The position numbers were made by a program, and so were the translations under genes. Below are positions 53,558 through 62,353 of a DNA stretch of 64,000 nucleotides, one piece after another (within the stretch, counting starts at the first letter, position 1; the number at the start of each line of letters is the position of its first letter). The stretch is taken from positions 637,327 to 701,326 of the forward strand of contig OZ244719.1 in assembly GCA_965219095.1 (NCBI GenBank), in the 5' to 3' direction. This stretch comes from Bdellovibrionales bacterium. Lineage in GTDB: Bacteria; Bdellovibrionota; Bdellovibrionia; Bdellovibrionales; UBA1609. The notes below the pieces were generated by a model. That model saw only the letters and a list, made by a program, of their open reading frames with translations, searched no databases and had not been told where the DNA came from.

Positions 53558-55331
53558 TACGGCTGAGTATTTTGCTAAAAATTTACAGCAAGTGGGGTTT
53601 TCTTCTCCCCTAAAAGCGGTTTTGACAACATTAAAAGAGGCTGTGGATAATTCTTTGGATGCCTGCGAAGAAGCTGGTCTTTTGCCAGAGATCAAAGTCG
53701 AGGTAAAAAAAATAGGAGCCAGTTCTGTAAAAAATACTGATCTTATACAAATTGTTGTTGAAGACAACGGTCCTGGGCTTGATTTAGAGTTCTTGCCTAA
53801 AGTTTTTGGAGAGTATTTAACTTCATCGAAGTTTGGCCAAGGGCAGTGTTCTCGTGGACAACAGGGCATTGGTATTTCAGCAGCTACCACTTGGGCACAA
53901 CTGACGAATGCTAGCGGTGTTTTGGTTGTGAGTAAAACTTCTCGTATGAAAAAAGCTGTGAAGGCTTTTGTCACAGTGGACATTAAAAATAACAAAGGTG
54001 TTATCAAATCCAAAGAGACCATTGGTTGGGATAGACCCCATGGCTTAAGTGTTCATTTTAGAATTGATGGTAAAGCACAGATCAAAGGAGAGGGGGGGCT
54101 TTTAACGTACTTAGAAGGAACTACATTGGTCAATCCTCATCTTGATTTACGTTACAAACTTTTAGATTCTCAATGGATTCATATCAAGAGGGTGGCTCAA
54201 GCCATACCTCAGGTACCACCTCCTACTTTGCCTCATCCTCATACGATGAAACTAGGGGAATTTATGACCCATGCCCACCTTTTTGACAACCTGTCTTTGA
54301 ATCAATTTTTGAAAAAAGCTTTCTTTCGCATTTCTAATAAAACGATTGAAGAGTTTGTCAAAAAAGGTCTTCCTCGACAGCTTTTAAAAGCTCCTGTTTA
54401 CAAAAACAAAGAAGAGGATTTTAAAAAGATCTTCTCTGCTATACAAAAAACAGATCTTCCTCGTCCTTCCACTCAATCTGTGATGACGATAGGAGAAGAG
54501 TCCTTGTCTTCTAGTATTTTAAGGTTAGGAGAGGTGGACTTTTTTAGTGTCAACACAAGGAAGCCTAAAATTTGTGATTTTAAGCCTGTGGTTGTGGAAG
54601 TGGCTATGGCAAGGTTTTTAGATCGAGGTGCTGAGGCTGAAGAAAAGCAAGTCCAGCTTTTGAGGTTTGCTAACCGTGTTCCCTTACAATTTGATAAATC
54701 CTCTTGTGCCATTACAAAGGCTGTGGAATCCATCAATTGGAAGGCTTATGGTCTTAGTCAAGCAAGAAACTCTCTTCCCTCAGGCCCTTATGTCATCGCA
54801 GTCAGCGTAACCTCTCCGTTTATTAAATTTAAAAACGCTTCAAAAGAAACAATTGATGCAAGCCAAGAGTTAGTTGAGGAAATTCGTTTAGCTCTTATGC
54901 AGGGAGGGCAGAAATTAAGTCGCCATCTTAAAAGAGAGCATAGAGCTTTAGAACTTGAAAGAAAGATTGCCCACATTGAAAGGTTTGCTCCTATTTTTGT
55001 GGAGACTTTGTGTCGTATTGCTAAAGCGAACAACAAAAGAAAACAAAAAGCTGTTTTAGGTTTAAAAAAGATTTTAGGAAGGGACTCTAATGAGGCTGAG
55101 AAAAAGTTAGAAATGGCAGAAGAGAAGCTTGCAGGACTTAAAGGTTCAGGAAAGATCAGAAAGGAAAGTTTTGTTGAAAAAAAAGGAGAAGAAGAACAGG
55201 AAAAAGAAAAAAACTTGGGAGAAAAGAAGATAGAAAAAAAAGATGTTAAAAAAGGGAAGACTTCAAAAAATAAAATCAATAAGAGGGTAAAGATTAAAAA
55301 AAAAGAACATTATGCAAAACAAAAGAGATAA
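53520..55331 (+). CDS. top6B: type IIB DNA topoisomerase VI subunit B, with Lys/Glu-rich C-terminal tail
   Basis: Bergerat/GHKL motifs LKEAVDNSLDACEE (N box), VEDNGPGL (G1), SRGQQGIGISAA (G2), followed by a transducer region. TTG start lies 38 nt inside the HNH ORF. About 100-aa K/E-rich tail. Confidence 0.85.
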   Translation: MQVNKTKKIVTSSTAEYFAKNLQQVGFSSPLKAVLTTLKEAVDNSLDACEEAGLLPEIKVEVKKIGASSVKNTDLIQIVVEDNGPGLDLEFLPKVFGEYLTSSKFGQGQCSRGQQGIGISAATTWAQLTNASGVLVVSKTSRMKKAVKAFVTVDIKNNKGVIKSKETIGWDRPHGLSVHFRIDGKAQIKGEGGLLTYLEGTTLVNPHLDLRYKLLDSQWIHIKRVAQAIPQVPPPTLPHPHTMKLGEFMTHAHLFDNLSLNQFLKKAFFRISNKTIEEFVKKGLPRQLLKAPVYKNKEEDFKKIFSAIQKTDLPRPSTQSVMTIGEESLSSSILRLGEVDFFSVNTRKPKICDFKPVVVEVAMARFLDRGAEAEEKQVQLLRFANRVPLQFDKSSCAITKAVESINWKAYGLSQARNSLPSGPYVIAVSVTSPFIKFKNASKETIDASQELVEEIRLALMQGGQKLSRHLKREHRALELERKIAHIERFAPIFVETLCRIAKANNKRKQKAVLGLKKILGRDSNEAEKKLEMAEEKLAGLKGSGKIRKESFVEKKGEEEQEKEKNLGEKKIEKKDVKKGKTSKNKINKRVKIKKKEHYAKQKR

Positions 55332-55374
55332 AACAAAAAACAAAAAAAGAAAAAAATAAAGGGAGCTTAAGTTT

Positions 55375-56535
55375 ATGGCTTTAATGAAAATTCGTGATTT
55401 AAAAATTGATATTCCTAAAGAGGCTAAAGAGTTGTGTGATGCTATGCTGGTTGACTTAGAAAAAGGGAAAAGACCGAGTGTTAATGCAATCAAATGCCGT
55501 TTAGACAATGCCATTTATAACCCTAAACTAGGCTATTTAACTCCAGGCTCAAAAAAAGTGACAACAGAGTTGAATGTGTCGTCGATTCAAAAAATGTCTC
55601 GCACTGTGTTTATGTTAGAAATTTTGCTTAACAATTTAAAAAGTGCCCGTGTGAACACAAAAAGGGAGCTTTATTATATTTCAAAGGGTTTTGTAAGGTC
55701 AGAAACAAACTTAAAGCCTTTAGATTTTTCTGATCAGATTGAAAGTGATGCTATTATTGATTTTATCTGTGAACTTTTAGAAGTCTATAGAGAAGAGATC
55801 AATTGTTATGCTAATGATAGAGGAGGACAGACGTACTCACAGTGTTTGGTCATTACGGAAAGTTTGTCTGATGGAACTAAAGCGACTGTTGATTTAAGTT
55901 CTTTAGGAACAAGTCCTTTCCAGCCTAAGAACAGGCCTCAAAATTTAAAATTAAAAGCTAAGAAGAAAATTAAATTTTGTTTAGTTGTGGAGTCTGAAGG
56001 TACAGCGAATACACTTGTGGCTAATGGTATGACCAAAAGACAGAATTGTATTGTGATGGGAGCTCAAGGTGTTCCCAGTAATGCTGTGAGGGCTTGGTGT
56101 CAGAGCATTCAAAATCAATTGAAAGTCCCTATTTATTTTTTCGGAGATTTAGATGCCTATACTTTACAGAATATTTATAGAACTCTGAAAGCAGGCTCTG
56201 CTTCCAGTTTGATTCGTAACAAATACTTTTCTGCTCCTGATGTTAGGTTTTTAGGCGTTTTGCCAGATGATGTTAAAAAGTATGACCTGCATTGTTACAA
56301 AGTCAATGAAAAAAACTCCTCTGATGCAAGAGCTTTGAAAAAAGCAAGAGACGTTTTAAATAATGATCCTTTCTTCAAGGATTCTAAGAATAAAAAAATA
56401 GCTTCTATTTTAAAGTGGTTGATAAAGAATAAAGTGCGTTGTGAACAGCAAGCTTTCTTTGCTGTAAACCCTAAAGACCCTACAGGTTTTGAAAAGATCA
56501 TTTTAGACAAGATCAAAAGCAAATCATACATTTGA
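55375..56535 (+). CDS. top6A: type IIB DNA topoisomerase VI subunit A (Spo11 family)
   Basis: Winged-helix catalytic Tyr motif KRELYYIS. Toprim Glu in LVVESEGT and DxD in FFGDLDAYT. Confidence 0.9.
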   Translation: MALMKIRDLKIDIPKEAKELCDAMLVDLEKGKRPSVNAIKCRLDNAIYNPKLGYLTPGSKKVTTELNVSSIQKMSRTVFMLEILLNNLKSARVNTKRELYYISKGFVRSETNLKPLDFSDQIESDAIIDFICELLEVYREEINCYANDRGGQTYSQCLVITESLSDGTKATVDLSSLGTSPFQPKNRPQNLKLKAKKKIKFCLVVESEGTANTLVANGMTKRQNCIVMGAQGVPSNAVRAWCQSIQNQLKVPIYFFGDLDAYTLQNIYRTLKAGSASSLIRNKYFSAPDVRFLGVLPDDVKKYDLHCYKVNEKNSSDARALKKARDVLNNDPFFKDSKNKKIASILKWLIKNKVRCEQQAFFAVNPKDPTGFEKIILDKIKSKSYI

Positions 56536-57344
56536 TGCCTCAACTGACCCAAAAGATAGTTCTTGTAATCACTTATGACGGCACAGATTTTTGGGGATGG
56601 CAAAAACAAGCTTTGACCGAGAGGACCGTTCAAGGGGTCTTAGAGAAGGCTCTGGGTCAGTTTTTAGCAGAGCCTATTGTTACAGTAGCTGCAGGTCGAA
56701 CGGATAGAGGTGGCCATGCTTTGAATCAGGTTTTACACTTTTCAACCACTCAAGAGTTTAAAAAATATAAATATTTCACAAAGGCTCTTAATTCCTATTT
56801 GCCTCAAAGCATAGTTGTGAAAAAAGCTTTTCTGATGTCAGAGAAAAAAGATTTTCATGCTTTAAAGAGTGCAGAGTCTAAGATCTACAAGTACCGTATC
56901 AGCCAAACACCGGTTTTATGTCCTTTTGCAAGGCACTTTGTGTACTGGCTGGACCCTCAAAAATTCCAGCTTGATGTAGAAAAACTCCATAATGAGATAC
57001 AGTGTCTTGTGGGTTGTTATGACTTTAAAAGCTTTCAAAACCAAGGCACTGAGGTGTTATCAACAGTAAGGCACTTAAGCCAAGCTTCCTGGGAACTTAA
57101 AGGGGAGGTTTTTTTAGAGTTAAGCCTTTGCAGTGATGGTTTCTTGAAACAGATGGTGCGTAACATTGTTGGGGCTCAATTGGAACTTCAAAAGTCTTAT
57201 AAGAGGGACTCTCTTGGTAGCCTGAAGGAGATTTTAGAGAAAAAAACAAGGACACAAGCTTTTAAAACAGTTCCTTCAAGGGGACTATTTCTTTCTGAGG
57301 TGAAATATCCGTATCCTCTTGACAAGTGGGGAGTAGAAATCTAA
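56535..57344 (+). CDS. truA: tRNA pseudouridine(38-40) synthase TruA
   Basis: YDGTDFWGWQKQ and the catalytic Asp motif GRTDRGGHA. The ATG overlaps the top6A stop (TGATG). Confidence 0.9.
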   Translation: MPQLTQKIVLVITYDGTDFWGWQKQALTERTVQGVLEKALGQFLAEPIVTVAAGRTDRGGHALNQVLHFSTTQEFKKYKYFTKALNSYLPQSIVVKKAFLMSEKKDFHALKSAESKIYKYRISQTPVLCPFARHFVYWLDPQKFQLDVEKLHNEIQCLVGCYDFKSFQNQGTEVLSTVRHLSQASWELKGEVFLELSLCSDGFLKQMVRNIVGAQLELQKSYKRDSLGSLKEILEKKTRTQAFKTVPSRGLFLSEVKYPYPLDKWGVEI

Positions 57345-57358
57345 AACTAAAGTTCGTA

Positions 57359-57793
57359 ATGAAAACGTGGATGGCTAAAGAGACAACAAAAAAACCCTCT
57401 TGGTGGCTTGTGGATGCTTCAGGAAGGAATTTAGGGCGTTTATCTTCGCAGATTGCTATAGTTTTGCGGGGAAAACACATCCCTGAGTTTACCCCCCATG
57501 TTGACCTAGGAGATTTTGTTGTAGTGATCAACTGTGAAAAAATACTTTTGACAGGAAAGAAAGAGGACAAAAAAATCTACCAACATCATACCTCTTACAT
57601 AGGGGGACTTAAGCAGAAGTCATGGAAAGAAATGAAGAAAAAGAACGCATGCTTTCTTATAGAGCATGCTGTAAAAGGAATGCTACCTAAGAATCGTTTA
57701 GGTCGCAAAATCTTTAATAAGTTAAAAGTTTATGAAGGCCCTGAGCACCCCCATCATGCACAAAAACCCCAGGCCTATCCATTATTCAATTAA
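57359..57793 (+). CDS. rplM: 50S ribosomal protein L13
   Basis: MKTWMAKETTKKPSWWLVDASGRNLGRLSSQIAIVLRGKH aligns with the L13 N-terminus. The track start 57326 is too early. Confidence 0.93.
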   Translation: MKTWMAKETTKKPSWWLVDASGRNLGRLSSQIAIVLRGKHIPEFTPHVDLGDFVVVINCEKILLTGKKEDKKIYQHHTSYIGGLKQKSWKEMKKKNACFLIEHAVKGMLPKNRLGRKIFNKLKVYEGPEHPHHAQKPQAYPLFN

Positions 57794-57815
57794 AGGGAAG
57801 TAGGAGTGTGTCAGT

Positions 57816-58214
57816 ATGCTAGAATCTAAAGAAGTTTATTATGCCACAGGAAGAAGAAAGACCAGTTCGGCGAAAGTTTATCTAAGGCGGGGAAAAGGCT
57901 CTATTACGATCAATAAAAAAGACTATAAAAACTATTTTCCATCCTTTTATAGGCAAGCCTTTATTGAAGAACCTTTGAAAAAAACCCAAAGTAGAAAGCT
58001 TTACGATATAACAGTTTCTGTCTCAGGAGGTGGTGAAACGGGACAAATGGGTGCTATTCGACATGGCTTAAGTCGTGTTTTAACCCTTGTGGAGCTTAAA
58101 AACAGAGCTTCTTTAAAGAGTGCTGGTTTTTTGACACGTGATTCTCGCAAAGTAGAAAGGAAGAAGTATGGTAGGCACAAGGCAAGAAAAAGCACACAAT
58201 TTTCAAAAAGGTAG
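57816..58214 (+). CDS. rpsI: 30S ribosomal protein S9
   Basis: YATGRRKTSSAKVYL...GGGETGQMGAIRHGLSR...KYGRHKARKSTQFSKR. Confidence 0.95.
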   Translation: MLESKEVYYATGRRKTSSAKVYLRRGKGSITINKKDYKNYFPSFYRQAFIEEPLKKTQSRKLYDITVSVSGGGETGQMGAIRHGLSRVLTLVELKNRASLKSAGFLTRDSRKVERKKYGRHKARKSTQFSKR

Positions 58215-58256
58215 TAAGAATGAATGATATTTTTTTCATTTTATTATAAGTTTATC

Positions 58257-58285
58257 TTGACATAAGAATAATATTACATTATGTT
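58257..58285 (+). promoter_or_regulatory. candidate sigma70-type promoter of OMP paralogue 1
   Basis: TTGACA, 17-nt spacer, TATGTT. The block TTGACAT.AGAATAATATTACATTA is conserved upstream of paralogue 2 (61466). Confidence 0.35.
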
Positions 58286-58400
58286 TAAGCGTGAAATATA
58301 GAGGAAAAGAAATAGAAATAGGTGAAACTGTGTAAAAAATATAAAGAGGTAAATAAAAAAAGAAATAAACAAATAAGAACAAATAAAAGGAGGATAAAAT

Positions 58401-59102
58401 ATGCAATCAATCAAAAAAATAAGTCTCATAGTAGGAGTTTTAGCTTTTGCAAATCTAGCTTCTGCAGCTATGTCTGACTACAATATATACGTGGGAGCAG
58501 GCGTTAACATGTTCAAACCAAAAAATAAGTTCGATGATGGAAAGGAAGATGTGAAAGCTTCACAAGAGAGGATAACTTATAACAACAAAGTAGGTTTTAA
58601 TGCTGGTGCTTTAGGCTATATCAAAATGGCTGACATGATTTCACTTAGAACTGGGGTTTTCTACTCTATGAAAAATTTTCAAATGAATGATGGTGGGACT
58701 CCTGCTGGTGACAACAACGACCCTCCTGCTGGTAATTCTAAGGCGAATGAAGTCACTTTGTCTTATGTGGATGTTCCTGTGACCTTAGCTTACTCTATGA
58801 ACAAAATGGCTCATATTTATGGGGGAGCAAATGTTAGCTTTAAAGTGAACTACTCTGAGGAAACGGAATTTACTAGTGACATTGTTAAAGATGATAACCT
58901 AAAGAGCTTTCTTATTACAGGAACTATTGGTGGTCAGTTCAATGTTATGGATCGTGTAGGTGTTGATGTTTACGCTGAAATGGGCTTTGGTTCTCTTTTG
59001 GACGTTCCTGAGGCTACTGATAGTACTACAGAGGATCCTGATAACAACGATGTCGCAAAAAGCCCTCTTGGTTTCGGAGCTCGTCTTCTTTATAGATTCT
59101 AA
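58401..59102 (+). CDS. outer-membrane beta-barrel protein (OMP_b-brl/OmpA-like 8-strand type), paralogue 1
   Basis: Signal peptide ...LASA|A, alternating-hydrophobic strands, C-terminal ...GARLLYRF (terminal Phe). AAGGAGG RBS. Confidence 0.8.
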   Translation: MQSIKKISLIVGVLAFANLASAAMSDYNIYVGAGVNMFKPKNKFDDGKEDVKASQERITYNNKVGFNAGALGYIKMADMISLRTGVFYSMKNFQMNDGGTPAGDNNDPPAGNSKANEVTLSYVDVPVTLAYSMNKMAHIYGGANVSFKVNYSEETEFTSDIVKDDNLKSFLITGTIGGQFNVMDRVGVDVYAEMGFGSLLDVPEATDSTTEDPDNNDVAKSPLGFGARLLYRF

Positions 59103-59143
59103 TCTAAGTTAGAAGTAAGGCGTTCTACAAACCCTAAAAGCTT

Positions 59144-59178
59144 TTCCCGACTTTCTTACACATTTGAAAGTCGGGGAA
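59144..59178 (+). terminator. hairpin downstream of OMP paralogue 1
   Basis: TTCCCGACTTTC-ttacacatt-GAAAGTCGGGGAA. No clean T-tract follows. Confidence 0.45.
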
Positions 59179-59261
59179 ATTAAGTTCAAAATATAGTTTT
59201 TTATAGGACCTAACAAGGCTTTTTCTTTTTTTTATTAGTTGAAAATCAAGGGTTATGTTTA

Positions 59262-59321
59262 GGGTGTGTCCTCATTTACCCAGACCTTTTTCAAGACCTT
59301 AGGTGTGTTGAATATCTATAA
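59262..59321 (+). mobile_element. 5'-end remnant of an older IS427-like (IS5-family) copy
   Basis: GGGTGTGTCCTCATTTACCCAGACCTTTTTCAAGACCTTAGG... matches the reverse complement of 61290-61351. Cut by the IS982 element. Confidence 0.7.
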
Positions 59322-60363
59322 ACCCGAGTTTCGACTTTTATATATTGCTCAGAAGCCCCTGTTCTTGAGTTTTAAGTTGAATGGAAGGTTTTAGGTTTTA
59401 AGTAAGTACGAGATGAGAGTACCTAAAAGATTGATGACAAAGTTTTGTGGGCTACGATGGCAAGAATGCTCAAGATGAAACTCTCCTTTTAACACTCCAA
59501 TCACTGACCTCCATAACAGAACGTTTTTTCAACATCAACTTGTCAAATAAGGGAATCAATTTATTCTTCATATTTAATTTGACGTTTGTAATAAGCTTAA
59601 CTCCCTTTTTTAAAAGCTTTTTGAAAAGGTCTGATGAAATATAACCTTTGTCTCCAAAAAGTTTCCCCACCAGCCCTTTACTATAAATCTATAACTTAGC
59701 TTTCGATCATCTACATTTCTCGGAGTTAAGGTAAAACTTAAAAGTTCTCCGAGGTGATTGATAACAATATGGAGTTTAAATCCGAAGAACCAGCCTATGA
59801 CTTCTTTTACCTTTTTTTAGCTAACTTTTGAAACACTTTATTTCGTCCCATTCTTTTATTTTTGAAGAAAAATCGATGTGGAATCAATAAATGTATGCCT
59901 GTGGTTTTACTCATAAGGCTTGTCGAGAAAAGAAACATCAAAGGAGCCTCTTCTTTTTTTATGTTCACAAATCGGGAGTAAGACAACATTTTAGGAAAAT
60001 AAGGTTTAAGATAGACTTTTGCAAACTGGTAAAAGGCTTTAAAATTCCTAAAGCCAGAACTTTGGAAAAGTAAGATAAAGAGTGATAATTTCGCTGGGAG
60101 ACATAGCACAAGAAAAACCTCTTTTATTTTTAGCAAACTAGTTCTAGATGCTGCTGTATGAGAGGGGTTAAAAAATCATCGACAAGAACATAAATTGATA
60201 TGATATAATTAGAATTAAACATCTTAGACCTCCTTGTATGTTTTTTTATAACTCTCAAGTTGTTTTTCCTTGTAAGTTGCTTCTTCAAGAAAACCTTACA
60301 AAGGTCTGAGGTGTTTGTTGATATCAGCTAGCCTTTAGCCTTGAAAAAAGTCAAAACTCGGGT
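59322..60363 (-). mobile_element. IS982-family element, degenerate
   Basis: Terminal repeats ACCCGAGTTTCGACTTTT and AAAAGTCAAAACTCGGGT. A second copy begins at 63737. Confidence 0.8.
59400..60222 (-). pseudogene. IS982 transposase, multiple frameshifts and stops
   Basis: Fragments FQSSGFRNFKAFYQ...YFPKMLSYSRFV and GDKGYISSDLFKKLLKKGVKLIT..KLNMKN match IS982-family motifs but lie in different frames. Confidence 0.75.
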
Positions 60364-60478
60364 TAATAAAATTGATGCTCTAAAAGAGATTTTATTTCAA
60401 AAATGCTCCAAAGTTGATCGATTCTCCTAGCCTTTTATCTGGATTTTTAAAAAACTCTGACTTTTTCACGGACGACTA

Positions 60479-61351
60479 GGGCGTGTCCTCATTTGACTGG
60501 ACCTTTGCTTTGAAGTTTAAGCCAAATAAACATACACGCTATAGATAGTATAGCTTTGAAATTTCTAGCAAGCTTTTCAAATCGAGTAGCAATGCCTCTA
60601 AAATGTTTAAGACGAGCAAAAAGGTTTTCTATCTGATGTCGAGATTTATAAATATGACGATCAAAATCTTTATTTTTCTTTTTGCTATTTTTTCGTCTCG
60701 GTATTACAGGCTTTATCTTCTTACTATGAGCTTTATCTCGTATCTCATCTGAATCATAGGCCTTATCAGCAATCAAATACTCACTATGAAACTCATCAAT
60801 TAAATCACCTGCAACTTGACTGTCGTGGACTTCACCCCCAGTGATTTTAAAACAGAGCGGATTTCCATGCGCATCGGAGGCCATGTGTATTTTTGTTGTG
60901 GTTCCGCCTCTAGATTTTCCCACAGCACGACTTTCTCCACGCCGAGCTCCACTAGCATGCTGATGAACCGATACGTAACTTCCGTCGATGGACACCCACT
61001 CTGTATCAACGTCTTCTTGTAAAGTAAAAAAAAATTATTCCATAGCCCTTTTTGTGCCCATCTATTAAAGCGGTTATATGCTGTCTTCCAAGGACAGAAC
61101 TGTTCAGGAATGTCACGCCACGGACTGCCTGTACGTAATTTTCATAAAATGGCTTCCATAATATTTCTATTGTTTGCTGAATGATAACAGCCCTTCCCTC
61201 TTATAATAGCTTCCAGCTCTTTCCACATAGAATCTGTTAAAACTTTTCTTAACATAAATACCCCCTTTGTTATGAGCTTTTTACAATCTTTATAAATATT
61301 CAACAGGCCTAAGGTCTTGAAAAAGGTCTAGGCAAATGAGGACACGCCCTA
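60479..61351 (-). mobile_element. IS5-family (IS427-group-like) element
   Basis: 17-bp inverted repeats GGGCGTGTCCTCATTTG, flanked by cTA and TAg. Confidence 0.85.
60489..61256 (-). pseudogene. IS427-like transposase, single frame with one in-frame TGA
   Basis: The 255-codon frame is continuous from ATG 61256. Codon 38 is TGA (61143-61145), in MEAIL*KLRTGSPWRDIP. The track ORF 60489..60995 is the distal DDE part (IADKAYDS...). Confidence 0.8.
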
Positions 61352-61465
61352 GGTAAGAATTCTTATTTGTTTTGTCTTGTTAGAGAAGGGTCTAGGGTTG
61401 CAAGTTGTTGCTTATTAGTTATGTGTACCTTTATATTTTATCATATCATAAGCTTCTATTGACTA

Positions 61466-61494
61466 TTGACATCAGAATAATATTACATTACCTT
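61466..61494 (+). promoter_or_regulatory. candidate promoter of OMP paralogue 2
   Basis: TTGACA, 17-nt spacer, TACCTT. Conserved with 58257-58285. Confidence 0.3.
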
Positions 61495-61602
61495 TAATAT
61501 AGAGTTAGGTAGAGTTAGGTGAAACTGTGTAAAAGAGTAATATAAAAGGTAAATAAAAATAAAAAAAAGAAATAAAAATAAAAAAATAATAAGGAGGATA
61601 AA

Positions 61603-62274
61603 ATGCAATCAATCAAAAAACTAAGTCTTATAGTAGGAGTTTTAGCTTTCGCAAGCCTAGCTTCTGCAGCTATGTCTGACTACAACATTTACGTAGGAGT
61701 AGGTGTTAACATGTTCAAACCAAAAAATAAGTTCGATAACCCAAATACTGATGACGATGCAGGAAACGAGAAAGTGACTTATAACAACAAAATAGGTTTT
61801 AATGCTGGTGCCTTAGGTTATATTAAAATGGCTGACATGATTTCACTTAGAACTGGGGTTTTCTACTCTATGAAAAATTTCAAAGTGAAAGATGGCGAAA
61901 CTACACCTAAAATGAACGAAGTCAACTTGTCTTATGTGGACATTCCTGTGACCTTAGCTTACTCTATGAACAAAATGGCTCATATTTATGGGGGAGCAAA
62001 TGTTAGCTTTAAAGTGAACTACTCTGAGGATATGGAAAACAGCTTTGCTGATGGTGCAAAAATCGTCAATGATGAGAACCTAAAAAGTTTTCTTATTACA
62101 GGAACTGTTGGTGGTCAGTTTAATGTTATGGATCGTGTAGGTGTTGATGTTTACGCTGAAATGGGCTTTGGCTCTCTTTTAGACACTGGAGATGACGACG
62201 AAGCTGATGGTGATAACAACGATCTTGCAAAGAGCCCTCTTGGTTTCGGAGCTCGCCTTTTTTACAAGTTCTAA
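61603..62274 (+). CDS. outer-membrane beta-barrel protein, paralogue 2
   Basis: Signal peptide and strand segments are near-identical to paralogue 1; loops differ. Ends ...GARLFYKF. Confidence 0.8.
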   Translation: MQSIKKLSLIVGVLAFASLASAAMSDYNIYVGVGVNMFKPKNKFDNPNTDDDAGNEKVTYNNKIGFNAGALGYIKMADMISLRTGVFYSMKNFKVKDGETTPKMNEVNLSYVDIPVTLAYSMNKMAHIYGGANVSFKVNYSEDMENSFADGAKIVNDENLKSFLITGTVGGQFNVMDRVGVDVYAEMGFGSLLDTGDDDEADGDNNDLAKSPLGFGARLFYKF

Positions 62275-62294
62275 TGTTTTACAACTTTCGCAAT

Positions 62295-62327
62295 AAAAAA
62301 CTCCCCTTAATGTAGGGGGAGTTTTTT
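62295..62327 (+). terminator. rho-independent terminator
   Basis: AAAAAACTCCCC-ttaatgta-GGGGAGTTTTTT followed by A/T-rich sequence. Confidence 0.85.
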
Positions 62328-62353
62328 AAAAAAATAGGTAGGGAGGAGGTTCT

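Noticed and set aside
55263-55514. 83-aa minus-strand ORF in the top6B to top6A junction
   Set aside because: It overlaps the 3' K/E-rich tail of top6B and the 5' end of top6A. It is the hydrophobic mirror of a poly-Lys coding region.
61143-61145. TGA at an expected Trp position as evidence for genetic code 4 (TGA read as Trp)
   Set aside because: TGA terminates well-supported genes at their expected lengths, for example dnaJ at 17689-17691 and rplI at 5171-5173. All conserved genes also read through at normal length under the standard code.
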